In this document: positions 1 to 10,097 of the stretch, in pieces
How the letters are laid out: every line of letters starts with the position of its first letter
Position numbering within the stretch: the first letter of the stretch is position 1
Source: a virus
Taxonomy: Duplodnaviria > Caudoviricetes
Length of the DNA stretch: 34,888 nt
Strand: one strand, 5' to 3'
IMG/VR virus record: IMGVR_UViG_3300025621_000030
Span: 1-34,888 of that record
Program-made: the position numbers and the translations under genes
Notes under the pieces: model-generated
Database searches by the model: none
What the model was told of the DNA's origin: nothing
What the model saw: the letters and a program-made list of their open reading frames with translations, nothing else

Positions 1-3000
1 TTGGTAGCGTAGATGTCGTTAAAACGCTTACTACCAGAGCCAATGTTCATAAGTCCATCAGTAGCGGCATTAGTTGTCATATTGAATGGTCTAAAGTGTT
101 CACCACCATTAACAAACTGAATACCTGCGTCATCGTTACCGATAGCCATGTCACCGCCTTCAGTCCCAATACTTCCAACTGACACACCAGCTTGATTGAG
201 TTCAATAATGTTTCCATCGTTAGTACCACGATTGAGTTTTAATGCAGCATCTCCACCTATAGATGTTGTTATTTGTCCTGCTGGTTCAATTTGCACACCT
301 GCTGATGAGAAGTCATTTGCTGAAGTCTTACCCACCAACAAGTTGCCTGAGTCACCATCAATACGCATCATTTCTACTGGATTAGTACCACTATTGTTAT
401 AATTAAATGTTAGGTCTGCTTCATCTAATGAAATATCATAATGTAAATTTAAAGTGTCACTAGCACCTGATTCTGCTAATCTTAAAGTAGCATGAGAATC
501 AGCTCCAGAAGTTGAATTATCTCTTATTGTTAATATTGGGTCAGTACCAACAATTTCCATAATAGTATCAGGACTATCAGTTCCAATTCCAACCTTGCCA
601 TCTCGTTTTAAAGTTAAAAAAGTACTGCCTCCGTTTGAGTCATAAGCGCCAAAACCTATTGACTGATTAGGTCTATCTATTTCTATACCAAATCCGTAAT
701 AAGAACCACCTTGTGCTCTGTTTTTGGTTCCGTCATTATAAGAACCCATACCAATAAATCCTGTAGAAGAACCTGTATCATTTAACGTTATAATATTATT
801 TACACCAATATCTAAAAGAGCGTCTGGACTACTCGTTCCAATTCCAACATTGCCTGAGCTGTCAATTACTAATCTGCTTGTATTTGCAGTATTGTCGTAC
901 AGATAAAAAGAGTTTGTACCTACACCAGCATATCCAACACCTAACTCGTATTGCTGTGTAGACGCATCACTATCAAACATGATTGCTGTTGTTGATGCAG
1001 AGTTTAAATGCAGTTTAGCAGCAGGACTAGTCGTACCAATACCCAACTTCTCAGCACTTGCATCCCAGAATAGAGCTTGGCTAGTTCCTGTATCATCGTA
1101 GAAGGAGATGTCTCCGCCATTATTAATACGCATACGTTGTAGGGTAGAAGTACCATCATTAGTGCTAAATAATAATCTTGATGCGGATGTAGTAGTATCT
1201 TCTCTATTAGCTGAAATAGTAGCTACTGAATTTTGAGTTCCAGCTTTTTGTGTAAGTGAAATAGTTGATGTATTACCTGTATGTGACATAGATAATGTAT
1301 CACCTTCAACAGTCAACCCATCCATTGTGGCTGTACCTGTTACGTCTATGCCTGTGTTGGTTATTCTCATGCGTTCTGATGAGCCTGTAGCAAATCTTAT
1401 ATCTTCTGCTCTAAACCCAAGTGGCTTCAAAGCTGAACCAGCAGAATTTTGTGCTTGTAAAGCTACATTACCATCACCCACTTCACTAATTATGTCATTA
1501 ATTGTTAATCTAGCATCAGTTGAAATATCTATATCAGCTTTTACAGCATTAACTGTACCTGAAAGGTGGAGGTCTTTGAATCTACCACCTGAATGACCTA
1601 AACTTACAGTATCGTCAGAATATGCACCAAGATTGTTTGCTGGATGAAATCCAGTTGTGTTAATTCTTAGTGACTTAGTAGTTCCTGCATAATATGTTGC
1701 ACCACCGACATGACCAATACTTCCAATTTGTGCAGCATTTGAATAAAGCCTAACCAAATCACCTGAATCTGCATTTCTACAGATTTGCATAGTTTCACCT
1801 GATGCATCTCTACTAAATGTTGCTGCATCTGTCCCTCTTATTATATGACCAGTGCCTAACCTAGCATCAGTAGTAGTAGTCTTACCCACAAGCAAGTTTT
1901 CACTACTATCAATAGTTATAGCTGTAGAAGTAGCATTATCATCAATACCTGTTGACCTAAAGCTAGTAAGAGTTCCAACGCTTGTAATATTAGGTTGAGC
2001 TGCTGTTGCTAGTGTTCCTGTAATGTTTCCTGAAGATTGAATAGCACCTGTAATATTAATATCACCAGTACCTGTTATATCGCTTGAGTTTAAATCTAAA
2101 TCACCACCAAGCTGTGGAGTTGTATCTTCTACAACATTATTAATAGAAACAGCTTGTACTCTTGCATCAGTGTAATAAAGGTTAGAGCCTTCTGATAAAT
2201 CACTTGTAGACTTACCACTAAATGCAGAATTAAATCTTGCAGAAGTATAGTAAAGATTGCTAGTGCCTTCAGATACATCATCAGTATCTTTGGTTGCTAG
2301 TCTTGTATCAAATCTAGCATCAGTGTAATAAAGGTTAGAGCCTTCTGATAAATCACTTGTAGACTTAGCTGTAAAAGCAGAATCAAATCTAGCCTGAGTA
2401 TAGTAAAGGTTAGTGCCTTCAGTTAAATCAGCAGTATCATGGTTGGATAAGCTAGAAACTGTACCTGTAACTGCTCCAGTTAAATTACCTTCTACATTAA
2501 CTACTAAAGTTCCAAGTGAATTAAGTGTTATGTTTCCTGTAGCACTACCATCTGCTGTAGTAAGACCCATTGTAAATTTATCAACTGATTCATCCCACAT
2601 AAAGATGCTGTTATCAGAAGTACCTCTATTAATAAGCATACCTGAATCATTAACAGGACTTCCTGTAAGACCTGCATTGAGTTGGAATAGGTTATCTTCT
2701 ATATCAAGATTCGTTGTGTCTAAAGAGGTTAGAGTTCCATTAACAGTTAAATTACCTGCTACTGTTAAGCTATCTGCAATTTGAACATCATCAGGTAGTG
2801 ATAGTGTTACATCTGCAGACTCACTACCACTTCCTGATACAGTAATCTTATTAGCTGTTCCAGTAATGGTTTGAATGTAATTACCAACTGTATCAGTTCC
2901 AAGTGTTACTGAGTTAGCAGCTACAGTATTTGCTTGTATTCCTAGTGCATCAACAAATGCTTTAGTGACTCTTGCATCTATAGCTGAATTTGCTCTTGTA

Positions 3001-4622
3001 TCTGTATAGTATAAATTTGTGTTTTCAGTTAAGTCAGCAGTAGTCTTATTACCAAATGCAGAATCAAATCTAGCTGATGTGTAATATAAATTAGTAGTTC
3101 CTTCACTTAAATCATCTGTATCTTTAGATGTAAAAGCTGAATCAAATCTAGCTGATGTGTAATATAAATTAGTGCCTTCTGCTAAATCAGAAGTAGACTT
3201 AGTTCCAAGTCTTGTATCAAAGTCTGTATTAGCTCTTCCTGATGTGTAATATAAATTAGTAGTTCCCTCTGAAACATCATCTGTATCTTTAGTAGCTAAT
3301 CTAGTGTCAAAAGCAGAATTAACTCTTGCATCTGTATAGTAAAGATTAGAGCCTTCAGATAAGTCTCCAGTATCTTTAGTAGCTAATCTAGTATCAAAAT
3401 CTGAATTAACTCTAGCTGTTGTGTAATATAAGTTGCTGCCTTCAGTTAAATCACCTGTATCTTTTGTAGCTAATCTTGAATCAAAATCTGTATTTGCTCT
3501 AGTTGTTGTATAGTAAAGATTAGTATTTTCAACGACTATAGAAGTATCAAGTGTTGATGTGATTGCTTGATTAGAAGCATTACCTATAAATATCTTGCCA
3601 TTATTTAAGTTTGGAACATCATTACTTCTTCCAGCACCACCTACTTTTATTGAGCCAGCAGCAGCATGACTTCTTATAACTTTACCTATGTTTTGTATTT
3701 GACTTGATTCACCTGTTGGTTTTGTTGTTGTATAAGCACCTGCTGTTGTTGAAGCATATAAAATTTGTCCTTCTGATACACCTGAGGTATCTAATCCATC
3801 TAACGTACCAAATGTTGCAACTTGTAATCCTGCATTATTATTAGCATCTGTTACAGCTAAACCAAATACAGGCATTTTAGAAACATCATCAGCTTTAGCT
3901 TTAGATACCACTGGAACATCACCTGAAACTCCTGAGACATAAACTAAATCACCTTTTGTTAATGCTTCACCAGCTTTTGCACTAAATCTAACAGCACCAT
4001 CAATATCACCAATAAATTCTTCACTTGCTGTAATAATATTAAAAGTAACATCATCAGTTGTAGCTACAGCTTGTCCTATAGCAATACTAGGAGTAGAACC
4101 CTCACCAGTTCCACCTGTTACTGTTACACCAGTACCACCTGATAGTGATTCAACATAATCACCAGTTGTATCAGTTCCCAAAGTAATAGAATTAATTTGA
4201 ACTACTGTATCTATATCAACATTAGTACTACCATCAAAAGATACTGAACCCACAACATCACCTGATAAAGATATGGTTCTAGCTGTAGTTAATATGTCAG
4301 CAGAATCTGCATTACCTGTTAAATCACCAGTAACATTACCTGTAACATTACCAGTTACATTACCAGTAACATCTCCTGTTAAATTCCCTGTAAATGTATT
4401 AGATGCAGTAATACTAACACCTGTAGTAACCCAAGCATTATCAGCAGCGTTTCTAATCTTTAATACACTGCTTGAAGTATCTACCCATAATTGATGAGCA
4501 AATGTAGTTGATGGTTCTGTTGAACCACTATTAACAGTTGCAATAGCTAAAAGAGCATTGTTTAAATCTGCTCTAAAGTCTGCACCTGATTGGTTTGCTA
4601 TGTTGTAATCGTGTTGTGCCAT
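1..4622 (-). CDS. Long modular tail fibre / receptor-binding protein; runs off the left edge and continues at 34888-34357 if circular (~1,680 aa)
   Basis: Not in ORF track; translated by hand from ATG 4622: MAQHDYNIANQSGADFRADLNNAL..., GNVT repeats, NLYYT repeats, GNVGIGT/NLLVGKT modules, still in frame at base 3 (...KRFNDIYAT). Lies after the tail tip genes. Confidence 0.9.
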   Translation of the reverse strand, partial: MAQHDYNIANQSGADFRADLNNALLAIATVNSGSTEPSTTFAHQLWVDTSSSVLKIRNAADNAWVTTGVSITASNTFTGNLTGDVTGNVTGNVTGNVTGDLTGNADSADILTTARTISLSGDVVGSVSFDGSTNVDIDTVVQINSITLGTDTTGDYVESLSGGTGVTVTGGTGEGSTPSIAIGQAVATTDDVTFNIITASEEFIGDIDGAVRFSAKAGEALTKGDLVYVSGVSGDVPVVSKAKADDVSKMPVFGLAVTDANNNAGLQVATFGTLDGLDTSGVSEGQILYASTTAGAYTTTKPTGESSQIQNIGKVIRSHAAAGSIKVGGAGRSNDVPNLNNGKIFIGNASNQAITSTLDTSIVVENTNLYYTTTRANTDFDSRLATKDTGDLTEGSNLYYTTARVNSDFDTRLATKDTGDLSEGSNLYYTDARVNSAFDTRLATKDTDDVSEGTTNLYYTSGRANTDFDTRLGTKSTSDLAEGTNLYYTSARFDSAFTSKDTDDLSEGTTNLYYTSARFDSAFGNKTTADLTENTNLYYTDTRANSAIDARVTKAFVDALGIQANTVAANSVTLGTDTVGNYIQTITGTANKITVSGSGSESADVTLSLPDDVQIADSLTVAGNLTVNGTLTSLDTTNLDIEDNLFQLNAGLTGSPVNDSGMLINRGTSDNSIFMWDESVDKFTMGLTTADGSATGNITLNSLGTLVVNVEGNLTGAVTGTVSSLSNHDTADLTEGTNLYYTQARFDSAFTAKSTSDLSEGSNLYYTDARFDTRLATKDTDDVSEGTSNLYYTSARFNSAFSGKSTSDLSEGSNLYYTDARVQAVSINNVVEDTTPQLGGDLDLNSSDITGTGDINITGAIQSSGNITGTLATAAQPNITSVGTLTSFRSTGIDDNATSTAITIDSSENLLVGKTTTTDARLGTGHIIRGTDAATFSRDASGETMQICRNADSGDLVRLYSNAAQIGSIGHVGGATYYAGTTKSLRINTTGFHPANNLGAYSDDTVSLGHSGGRFKDLHLSGTVNAVKADIDISTDARLTINDIISEVGDGNVALQAQNSAGSALKPLGFRAEDIRFATGSSERMRITNTGIDVTGTATMDGLTVEGDTLSMSHTGNTSTISLTQKAGTQNSVATISANREDTTTSASRLLFSTNDGTSTLQRMRINNGGDISFYDDTGTSQALFWDASAEKLGIGTTSPAAKLHLNSASTTAIMFDSDASTQQYELGVGYAGVGTNSFYLYDNTANTSRLVIDSSGNVGIGTSSPDALLDIGVNNIITLNDTGSSTGFIGMGSYNDGTKNRAQGGSYYGFGIEIDRPNQSIGFGAYDSNGGSTFLTLKRDGKVGIGTDSPDTIMEIVGTDPILTIRDNSTSGADSHATLRLAESGASDTLNLHYDISLDEADLTFNYNNSGTNPVEMMRIDGDSGNLLVGKTSANDFSSAGVQIEPAGQITTSIGGDAALKLNRGTNDGNIIELNQAGVSVGSIGTEGGDMAIGNDDAGIQFVNGGEHFRPFNMTTNAATDGLMNIGSGSKRFNDIYAT
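19..111. repeat. 93-bp direct repeat identical to 34796-34888 (circularisation overlap)
   Basis: Exact match TTAAAACGCTTACTACC...CACCACCATTA at both contig ends; bases 1-18 differ from 34778-34795. Confidence 0.95.
2160..2440 (-). repeat. Coding tandem repeats (T.DL.EG.NLYYT.AR), block 2, 4 copies
   Basis: ~22-23-aa repeats in the fibre; near-identical DNA such as GCATCAGTGTAATAAAGGTTAGAGCCTTCTGATAAATCACTTGTAGACTTA occurs twice. Confidence 0.85.
3000..3530 (-). repeat. Coding tandem repeats (NLYYT.AR...F..R.ATKDT.DL.EG), block 1, about 7-8 copies
   Basis: 22-27-aa repeats read in the minus-strand translation. Confidence 0.85.
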
Positions 4623-4650
4623 ATTAAATTCCTATTTTATATATCTTAAA

Positions 4651-5028
4651 TCATTCAGGGTTACTTGGAAATATCACATCATCAATATTATTAGCTGACT
4701 GATATAAAGATGGTAAATCTCTTAATTCCTGCCTATATGTTGCCCATTCTTGTTTCTTAGAATCAGCTAAAGGTGCATCATTTACTTGAGTCCAATCTGA
4801 TTCTTTTAGTAATTCGTTTCTTTGTATTCTTATTGTTGGGAGAAAATCAACAACCTGCTCTACTGCTTCACCATCAATAATTTTATAATTATCAACATCA
4901 TAAATACCCTCTATTATTGATTGTCCTTCTTGTAAGGGTATTTCAGATAATGCTACATTTGTTGCACCACTCTCTAAGATTTCCCCTGTTGCAGTGTTGT
5001 ATGTTGTGTATTCTATTATCGTATTCAT
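4651..5028 (-). CDS. Phage tail assembly chaperone (Phage_tail_APC-like)
   Basis: RIQRNELLKESDWTQ..D.PL....WATYRQELRDLP motif; between tail tip and fibre. Confidence 0.8.
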   Translation of the reverse strand: MNTIIEYTTYNTATGEILESGATNVALSEIPLQEGQSIIEGIYDVDNYKIIDGEAVEQVVDFLPTIRIQRNELLKESDWTQVNDAPLADSKKQEWATYRQELRDLPSLYQSANNIDDVIFPSNPE

Positions 5029-5029
5029 T

Positions 5030-8000
5030 TTATTGTGTGTTATCTACAAATACATATAAAGACTGATATGTACTTCTTAGTTTTGTTATCCATCTTACTC
5101 TCCAATATACTTTATTAGCATTTGTTCCTGAAGTTGGTAATCCTGAGATAGTTCCATTATAAGCAAACACATAAGTTCTAAAAGTACCTGCTGCCATAGT
5201 TACATTTTGTATACCACCTGCTGCTTGAGTATATGTAGAGCCACCATTGACACTGTATTCTAAAACACCATTTGTACAGTCACCATAAACACCAGTCCAA
5301 ATTGCTTGATATGAAGCACCATCTCTAACATTATCTACTACACATGTAGTTAAATAATTTCCTGTTGTTGATGTTATTGTTGTAAAGTTTGTTGAACCTC
5401 TTTGAAAAGCACTAGCAAAACTTGATAAAGGAACTGCTGAACCTGTATGAGAAATAATATCAGCAGATACGTCTGCAAAATGTTTTACATTTAAAGTATC
5501 AACATTAATTCTAGCTGCATCTAATTGGTCTGCTGTTATCTTGGTAGCTGATATGCTTTGCACTTTGTCATTAGTAACAGCATTACTAGCTATTTGGGTT
5601 GTATCTACACCACCTGATTTAATAATTAAGTTACCACTACCGTCAGTATCTAAAGTAACCCCATCAATTAATATCTTATCTGCTGATAGATTATTAATTC
5701 TTGCATTATCAATAAGAACAGTGCCACCACTTACAACAAAAGGACTTATGCTACTTCCTGCATCATTATCTATTTTAAAAGTATCAGCTAAAAAAGCTAT
5801 TGTGCTAGTAGCACCAGTTCCTGAATCAGCATTGCTGTTAAGAACCATTTGTGCAACTTTGCCATTTGCATTTAATTGCAATACATAAGATGCAGAAGCA
5901 TTGTCATTTATATCTGTTATTGCTGATGCATTGGTTGTAACAGATGCTGTATTACCAGCAACCGTAGAAGTTAAAGATGTAATATCAGAAGCAAGAGCAG
6001 TGTCTGCATTTGCTCTAGTTGTAGCTTCGCTAGTTATAGCAGAAGTATTGCTATTAACTGTAGAAGTAAGACTTGTAATGTCTGATGCTAAAGCAGTATC
6101 AGCATTTGCTCTAGTTGTAGCCTCACTTGTTATTGCTGAGGTGTTTGAATTAACTGTAGAGGTAAGACTTGTAATGTCTGATGCTAAAGCAGTATCAGCA
6201 TTTGCTCTAGTTGTAGCTTCAGAAGTAATATCTGCTGTATTGTCATCAACTGTAGAGGTCAAAGATGTTATATCAGAAGCAAGAGCAGTGTCAGCGTTAG
6301 CTCTTGTTGTAGCTTCAGAAGTAATAGCAGAGGTATTTCCACTGACTGTAGAAGTTAAGCTAGTTATATCTGCTGCTAAAGCTGTATCAGCGTTTGCTCT
6401 TGTAGTTTGTTCAGTGCTTATTGCTGATGTATTACTATTAACTGTAGATGTAAGACTGGTTATAGCACTAGCATTAGCTGAAGTATCAGTTGTAAGAGTA
6501 ACTATATCTCCCTGAGCTGTAGCTATGTTTGTTGTGTTAGTAGATACAGTTGAGCTTAATGAGTTGTATAAAGTTACTAATGAAGAATCTCTAGCCTTTA
6601 CCCAACCATTGTTAGATGCATTTCTAACATACATCTGATTATTATCATCAGTGTCTGCCCACAAATCTTGAGGTTGTAATGCAGAGCTATCACTTCTTGT
6701 TGTTGGAGCTGATGTAGATTTTATTAATTGTGTTGAATTAGTACCACCAGCATTGATTGCAGATTGCACATCAGCACCAATTTTATCTAGTGTTACTGCA
6801 TCATCTTGTATATCTGCTGTTGCTGTAGGAGCATCACCAATAGTAAAGGTTAAGGTAGCAGGTGATGATTCTGAGCCTAAAGTATTAAGTGAGCTAACAC
6901 TTGCAACATAGTTAGCATCAACAGGTAAAAAGTTTAAATCACAATTTTCTACATCAACAATAGTATTTTTTACTTGATTACTAGAACTATCTACAACATT
7001 AACTCTATATTGATAATTAGGAAAATCTGTTGGTTCATCCCAAGATAAAAATGGTCTACCTGTAGAACTAGAATCGGTATCAGTAAATGATAATCCTGTT
7101 GGAGCTTTAACTGCATAAGCAGAAGGTAGGTTAGCTAATTCTTCTACTGGTTCTTGAGGTGGTACTTCCCATGTATAAACATCAAAGTATTCTATTAAGC
7201 TAACTGCAACTAATCCATTAGGCTGTAATTCTAATGCCTCTACTCTACAAACTTTACCTGAGAATCCTAAGCCTGCATAAGTTAAATCTACTATATCTCC
7301 TACGTTGAGTTTATACATCTCAGGAGTTCCTAAGAACTGCATAGTTGTTTGATTTCTACTTCTAGTTAGAATTGCCTTACCCATGTTATAGGCTATATAA
7401 GGGTCGCTTATATAGGGAAATTCAGCTTTTATTTCTAATATTTCATCACCATCATCTGAATAATATTCAGGGGTTGCATCATGTAAAACAGTAGCTGTAT
7501 CTAATTCATATTTTTTATTAGCATTGAAGAATTCAACTATAACTTTATTTGCTTTTTTATCTTTGTTTCCATAATCAACTGATATACCAGCATCAGAAAT
7601 AATATGATTATCGTTGATACTAAATGTTGATGTCCCTGTATCTTCTATTGATAGTTCATACTTACCATCTATATATAAAAAGATACCACGCATATTTGCA
7701 AGTAATTCTTTTGCGTTATCCATGACATTTTTATTAGCATCTAAATAGCCATTACAATGAAATCTTTTAACTTTAACTAATGAACTACCTGTTTGTGATG
7801 AATATGTTGAACCTAATGTGTCATTTATATAAACAATGTATTCATCATTTTGGTCGTAAAATCCATTTCTCTGCACATCTTTAATTTCTTTGCCATCTAC
7901 AATTAGATTGCCATTTGCATCATTAATATCTACTATTTCTCCAACTTTATTTTGCCACCAGTTAGTATTAGGGTCAGTTCCACCAATGGTTATAAAGTCA

Positions 8001-8944
8001 TCTCCAGCATTGCCTGACCAAGTAAGAGATTGAGCTACACCATTAAAATAAGGCTGGTCAACTTCTGTATCACAAACATTAGCAGCAGCAGTAAATGTGC
8101 TCATGTTAATTTGTGATTGTGTTAATCCCTTACCATATTCATTATTGGTTATGTAATCTAAGAAAGTTAATGCAGGATTATCTGAATATTTATAAGTAGA
8201 TACAGTTCCAAATGTTTGATTTGTGTCTCTTGGGTCAAATACTTTTTTACCTCTAACTTGGACTGTTAGTTGTGGAATTCCTGACCAAATACCTTCCTTA
8301 TCATAGCCATAGTGAGCTGCTATATAAGCAACACCATTGAGTTTATGTGCTGTAGTCCAGTTAGGCATAGAAGCAACAAGCATAGGGTCTGCTAGTTGTG
8401 TAGCTTGACCATGATGTAGGTTCATAACATATCTATATTTAGATGTTGGACTTGAGCCAAACTGACCAGCACCAGCATTTATACCAGTACCATTTTGTGA
8501 AACTGTATTTAAAGAATAATTACCTGAAGATATTTTGTCTGAACCAATATAACCGCCATCTCTGAATCTAGCTGAATCAGTTAAGGGATTACCATCTAAC
8601 TCAATAGTTCTTCCAAGTATTTCATCACACTCACCAACTGATAAGGCATAGACTACATATAAATCTCTTGAGTCATTTGCGGATACATCCATATAAATAA
8701 CCTGAGCACCAACACGCCTATTTCCATATATGACAGGTAATTTACCTCCAGCAGATGTTTTATTTAATAAAATATCTTGACCTTTCGCAAGCATATTTCT
8801 AGCTTGTAAAAATCCTTTAACGCCAATAACAAGAGATGTAAAATTAATAATACCTGTAATTGTTTTTAAAATTGTAGCTGTTGTACCAGTAGTACCAAAC
8901 GAAGTTCCAAGAAGTTGGAAAAAAGTAAATATTTTATCTAGCAT
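5030..8944 (-). CDS. Tail tip / host-specificity protein (lambda gpJ-like central fibre) with FN3-like domain and coiled-coil repeats
   Basis: LPVIYGNRRVG, ALSVGECDEI, VRGKKVFDPR, YSDNPAL..LDY motifs; 1304 aa; follows Dit and hub genes. Confidence 0.85.
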   Translation of the reverse strand: MLDKIFTFFQLLGTSFGTTGTTATILKTITGIINFTSLVIGVKGFLQARNMLAKGQDILLNKTSAGGKLPVIYGNRRVGAQVIYMDVSANDSRDLYVVYALSVGECDEILGRTIELDGNPLTDSARFRDGGYIGSDKISSGNYSLNTVSQNGTGINAGAGQFGSSPTSKYRYVMNLHHGQATQLADPMLVASMPNWTTAHKLNGVAYIAAHYGYDKEGIWSGIPQLTVQVRGKKVFDPRDTNQTFGTVSTYKYSDNPALTFLDYITNNEYGKGLTQSQINMSTFTAAANVCDTEVDQPYFNGVAQSLTWSGNAGDDFITIGGTDPNTNWWQNKVGEIVDINDANGNLIVDGKEIKDVQRNGFYDQNDEYIVYINDTLGSTYSSQTGSSLVKVKRFHCNGYLDANKNVMDNAKELLANMRGIFLYIDGKYELSIEDTGTSTFSINDNHIISDAGISVDYGNKDKKANKVIVEFFNANKKYELDTATVLHDATPEYYSDDGDEILEIKAEFPYISDPYIAYNMGKAILTRSRNQTTMQFLGTPEMYKLNVGDIVDLTYAGLGFSGKVCRVEALELQPNGLVAVSLIEYFDVYTWEVPPQEPVEELANLPSAYAVKAPTGLSFTDTDSSSTGRPFLSWDEPTDFPNYQYRVNVVDSSSNQVKNTIVDVENCDLNFLPVDANYVASVSSLNTLGSESSPATLTFTIGDAPTATADIQDDAVTLDKIGADVQSAINAGGTNSTQLIKSTSAPTTRSDSSALQPQDLWADTDDNNQMYVRNASNNGWVKARDSSLVTLYNSLSSTVSTNTTNIATAQGDIVTLTTDTSANASAITSLTSTVNSNTSAISTEQTTRANADTALAADITSLTSTVSGNTSAITSEATTRANADTALASDITSLTSTVDDNTADITSEATTRANADTALASDITSLTSTVNSNTSAITSEATTRANADTALASDITSLTSTVNSNTSAITSEATTRANADTALASDITSLTSTVAGNTASVTTNASAITDINDNASASYVLQLNANGKVAQMVLNSNADSGTGATSTIAFLADTFKIDNDAGSSISPFVVSGGTVLIDNARINNLSADKILIDGVTLDTDGSGNLIIKSGGVDTTQIASNAVTNDKVQSISATKITADQLDAARINVDTLNVKHFADVSADIISHTGSAVPLSSFASAFQRGSTNFTTITSTTGNYLTTCVVDNVRDGASYQAIWTGVYGDCTNGVLEYSVNGGSTYTQAAGGIQNVTMAAGTFRTYVFAYNGTISGLPTSGTNANKVYWRVRWITKLRSTYQSLYVFVDNTQ
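5921..6464 (-). repeat. About 5.5 tandem 96-bp (32-aa) repeats ITSLTSTV.xNTSAITSEATTRANADTALASD
   Basis: Visible in the protein track; DNA period is 96 bp. Confidence 0.9.
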
Positions 8945-9492
8945 TATCTACCCCACCTAACATCTTCTTTAACCTGAGCTGCAAATTCAAAACCCTTATC
9001 ACCTGTGCTAAACAACTGCTGTGATTCATCAGTAAAATGTCTGCCCTTAGTTAAATTCCAATTTGCCCAATGTGATGCCACATTCATAGTAAGTGTAGAA
9101 TTGCTTAAGTTTTCTTGTATAGCAACATTTCTTATTTGCCCTTTAAAAAAACCTATAGCACCAACAATTGTTTCATCAGAATTAAAATAAGCAATATATA
9201 TATCTACTGTCTTATCTGTAAACTCACCATCTTGAACTAAAGACCTTACTTGGTCTGTTATATTTGAAAACGCCAAGCCTATTTCAGTTACTTCTAGTTG
9301 ACCAGTTTCTGTTGCAACATCTACTGATAAAAAAGAACCACCAGCTTCATAAGAATTAGAATCATAAGTAACATTAGAATACCAATCAGTTAATCTGATA
9401 GTAGATGATAAATTAAGCTCAACTAGAAAAGCTGTCTTGGTTGCTGTTGATGATACTTGGGCTTGTAAATCAGTAGATAAACTTCTTGGCAT
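8944..9492 (-). CDS. Baseplate hub / minor tail protein (gpL/DUF2163-like)
   Basis: MPRSLS..LQA, FLVEL...IRLTD and C-terminal DKGFEF...WG motifs; position between Dit and tip. Confidence 0.7.
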   Translation of the reverse strand: MPRSLSTDLQAQVSSTATKTAFLVELNLSSTIRLTDWYSNVTYDSNSYEAGGSFLSVDVATETGQLEVTEIGLAFSNITDQVRSLVQDGEFTDKTVDIYIAYFNSDETIVGAIGFFKGQIRNVAIQENLSNSTLTMNVASHWANWNLTKGRHFTDESQQLFSTGDKGFEFAAQVKEDVRWGR

Positions 9493-10097
9493 TAGGCTAT
9501 AACCTCTCTAACATCAAATGAAATACTGTAAAAACCATTAGCACTTGTTGAATACATGATTTCATTGTTTTCTAAATAAACAGTAAAACTTGGTTTGTTT
9601 ACAGTAACAGCTTCATTATCTGCTAGAGATGCTACTAGATTTGGCGATATAAGAACAGTTAATGCTCCACCACCATCAGAATCAATATCTGATTGAACCA
9701 TGTAGACTTTGCTATGATTCGCAAACTTAATTAAATCTCCAGCCTTTAAAGCACCTGTTTGGTTCGCTGTAAAGCCATCTAAGACTATGGAAGCATCTCC
9801 TGATGTATGTGCTCCAACTACTTGAATATCTGTTTCTGACTTGCCTGCACCTAAGTTATCTAGTGGTGCAACTATTGTAAAATCTTCAAAAGAACCTTTT
9901 TGTTTTTGTAAAAATGAAAATATTTCCTGAGACTTTTCTTGTTGTAATGGTGGCATTGCAACTGTAAAAGAAAAATACTGAGCACCTATTTGTCTGACTT
10001 GTTTTTTACCTGATAGTGTTTGATTTAATAGAGTAGGTCTATTGTCTTTAAAATTAAGACTTCTAAAATTTGGGTTTGTTGGAAATTGTCCTGACAT
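9492..10097 (-). CDS. Distal tail protein (Dit-like)
   Basis: Immediately after tape measure; LKAGDLIKFANHSKVYMV motif; ends F..REV. Confidence 0.7.
   Translation of the reverse strand: MSGQFPTNPNFRSLNFKDNRPTLLNQTLSGKKQVRQIGAQYFSFTVAMPPLQQEKSQEIFSFLQKQKGSFEDFTIVAPLDNLGAGKSETDIQVVGAHTSGDASIVLDGFTANQTGALKAGDLIKFANHSKVYMVQSDIDSDGGGALTVLISPNLVASLADNEAVTVNKPSFTVYLENNEIMYSTSANGFYSISFDVREVIA

Noticed and set aside
196-4494. Plus-strand ORFs 196-402, 1327-1596, 2413-2784, 4273-4494
   Set aside because: Antisense shadows of the 4.6-kb minus-strand fibre gene; non-ATG starts, no RBS, mirror-image composition.
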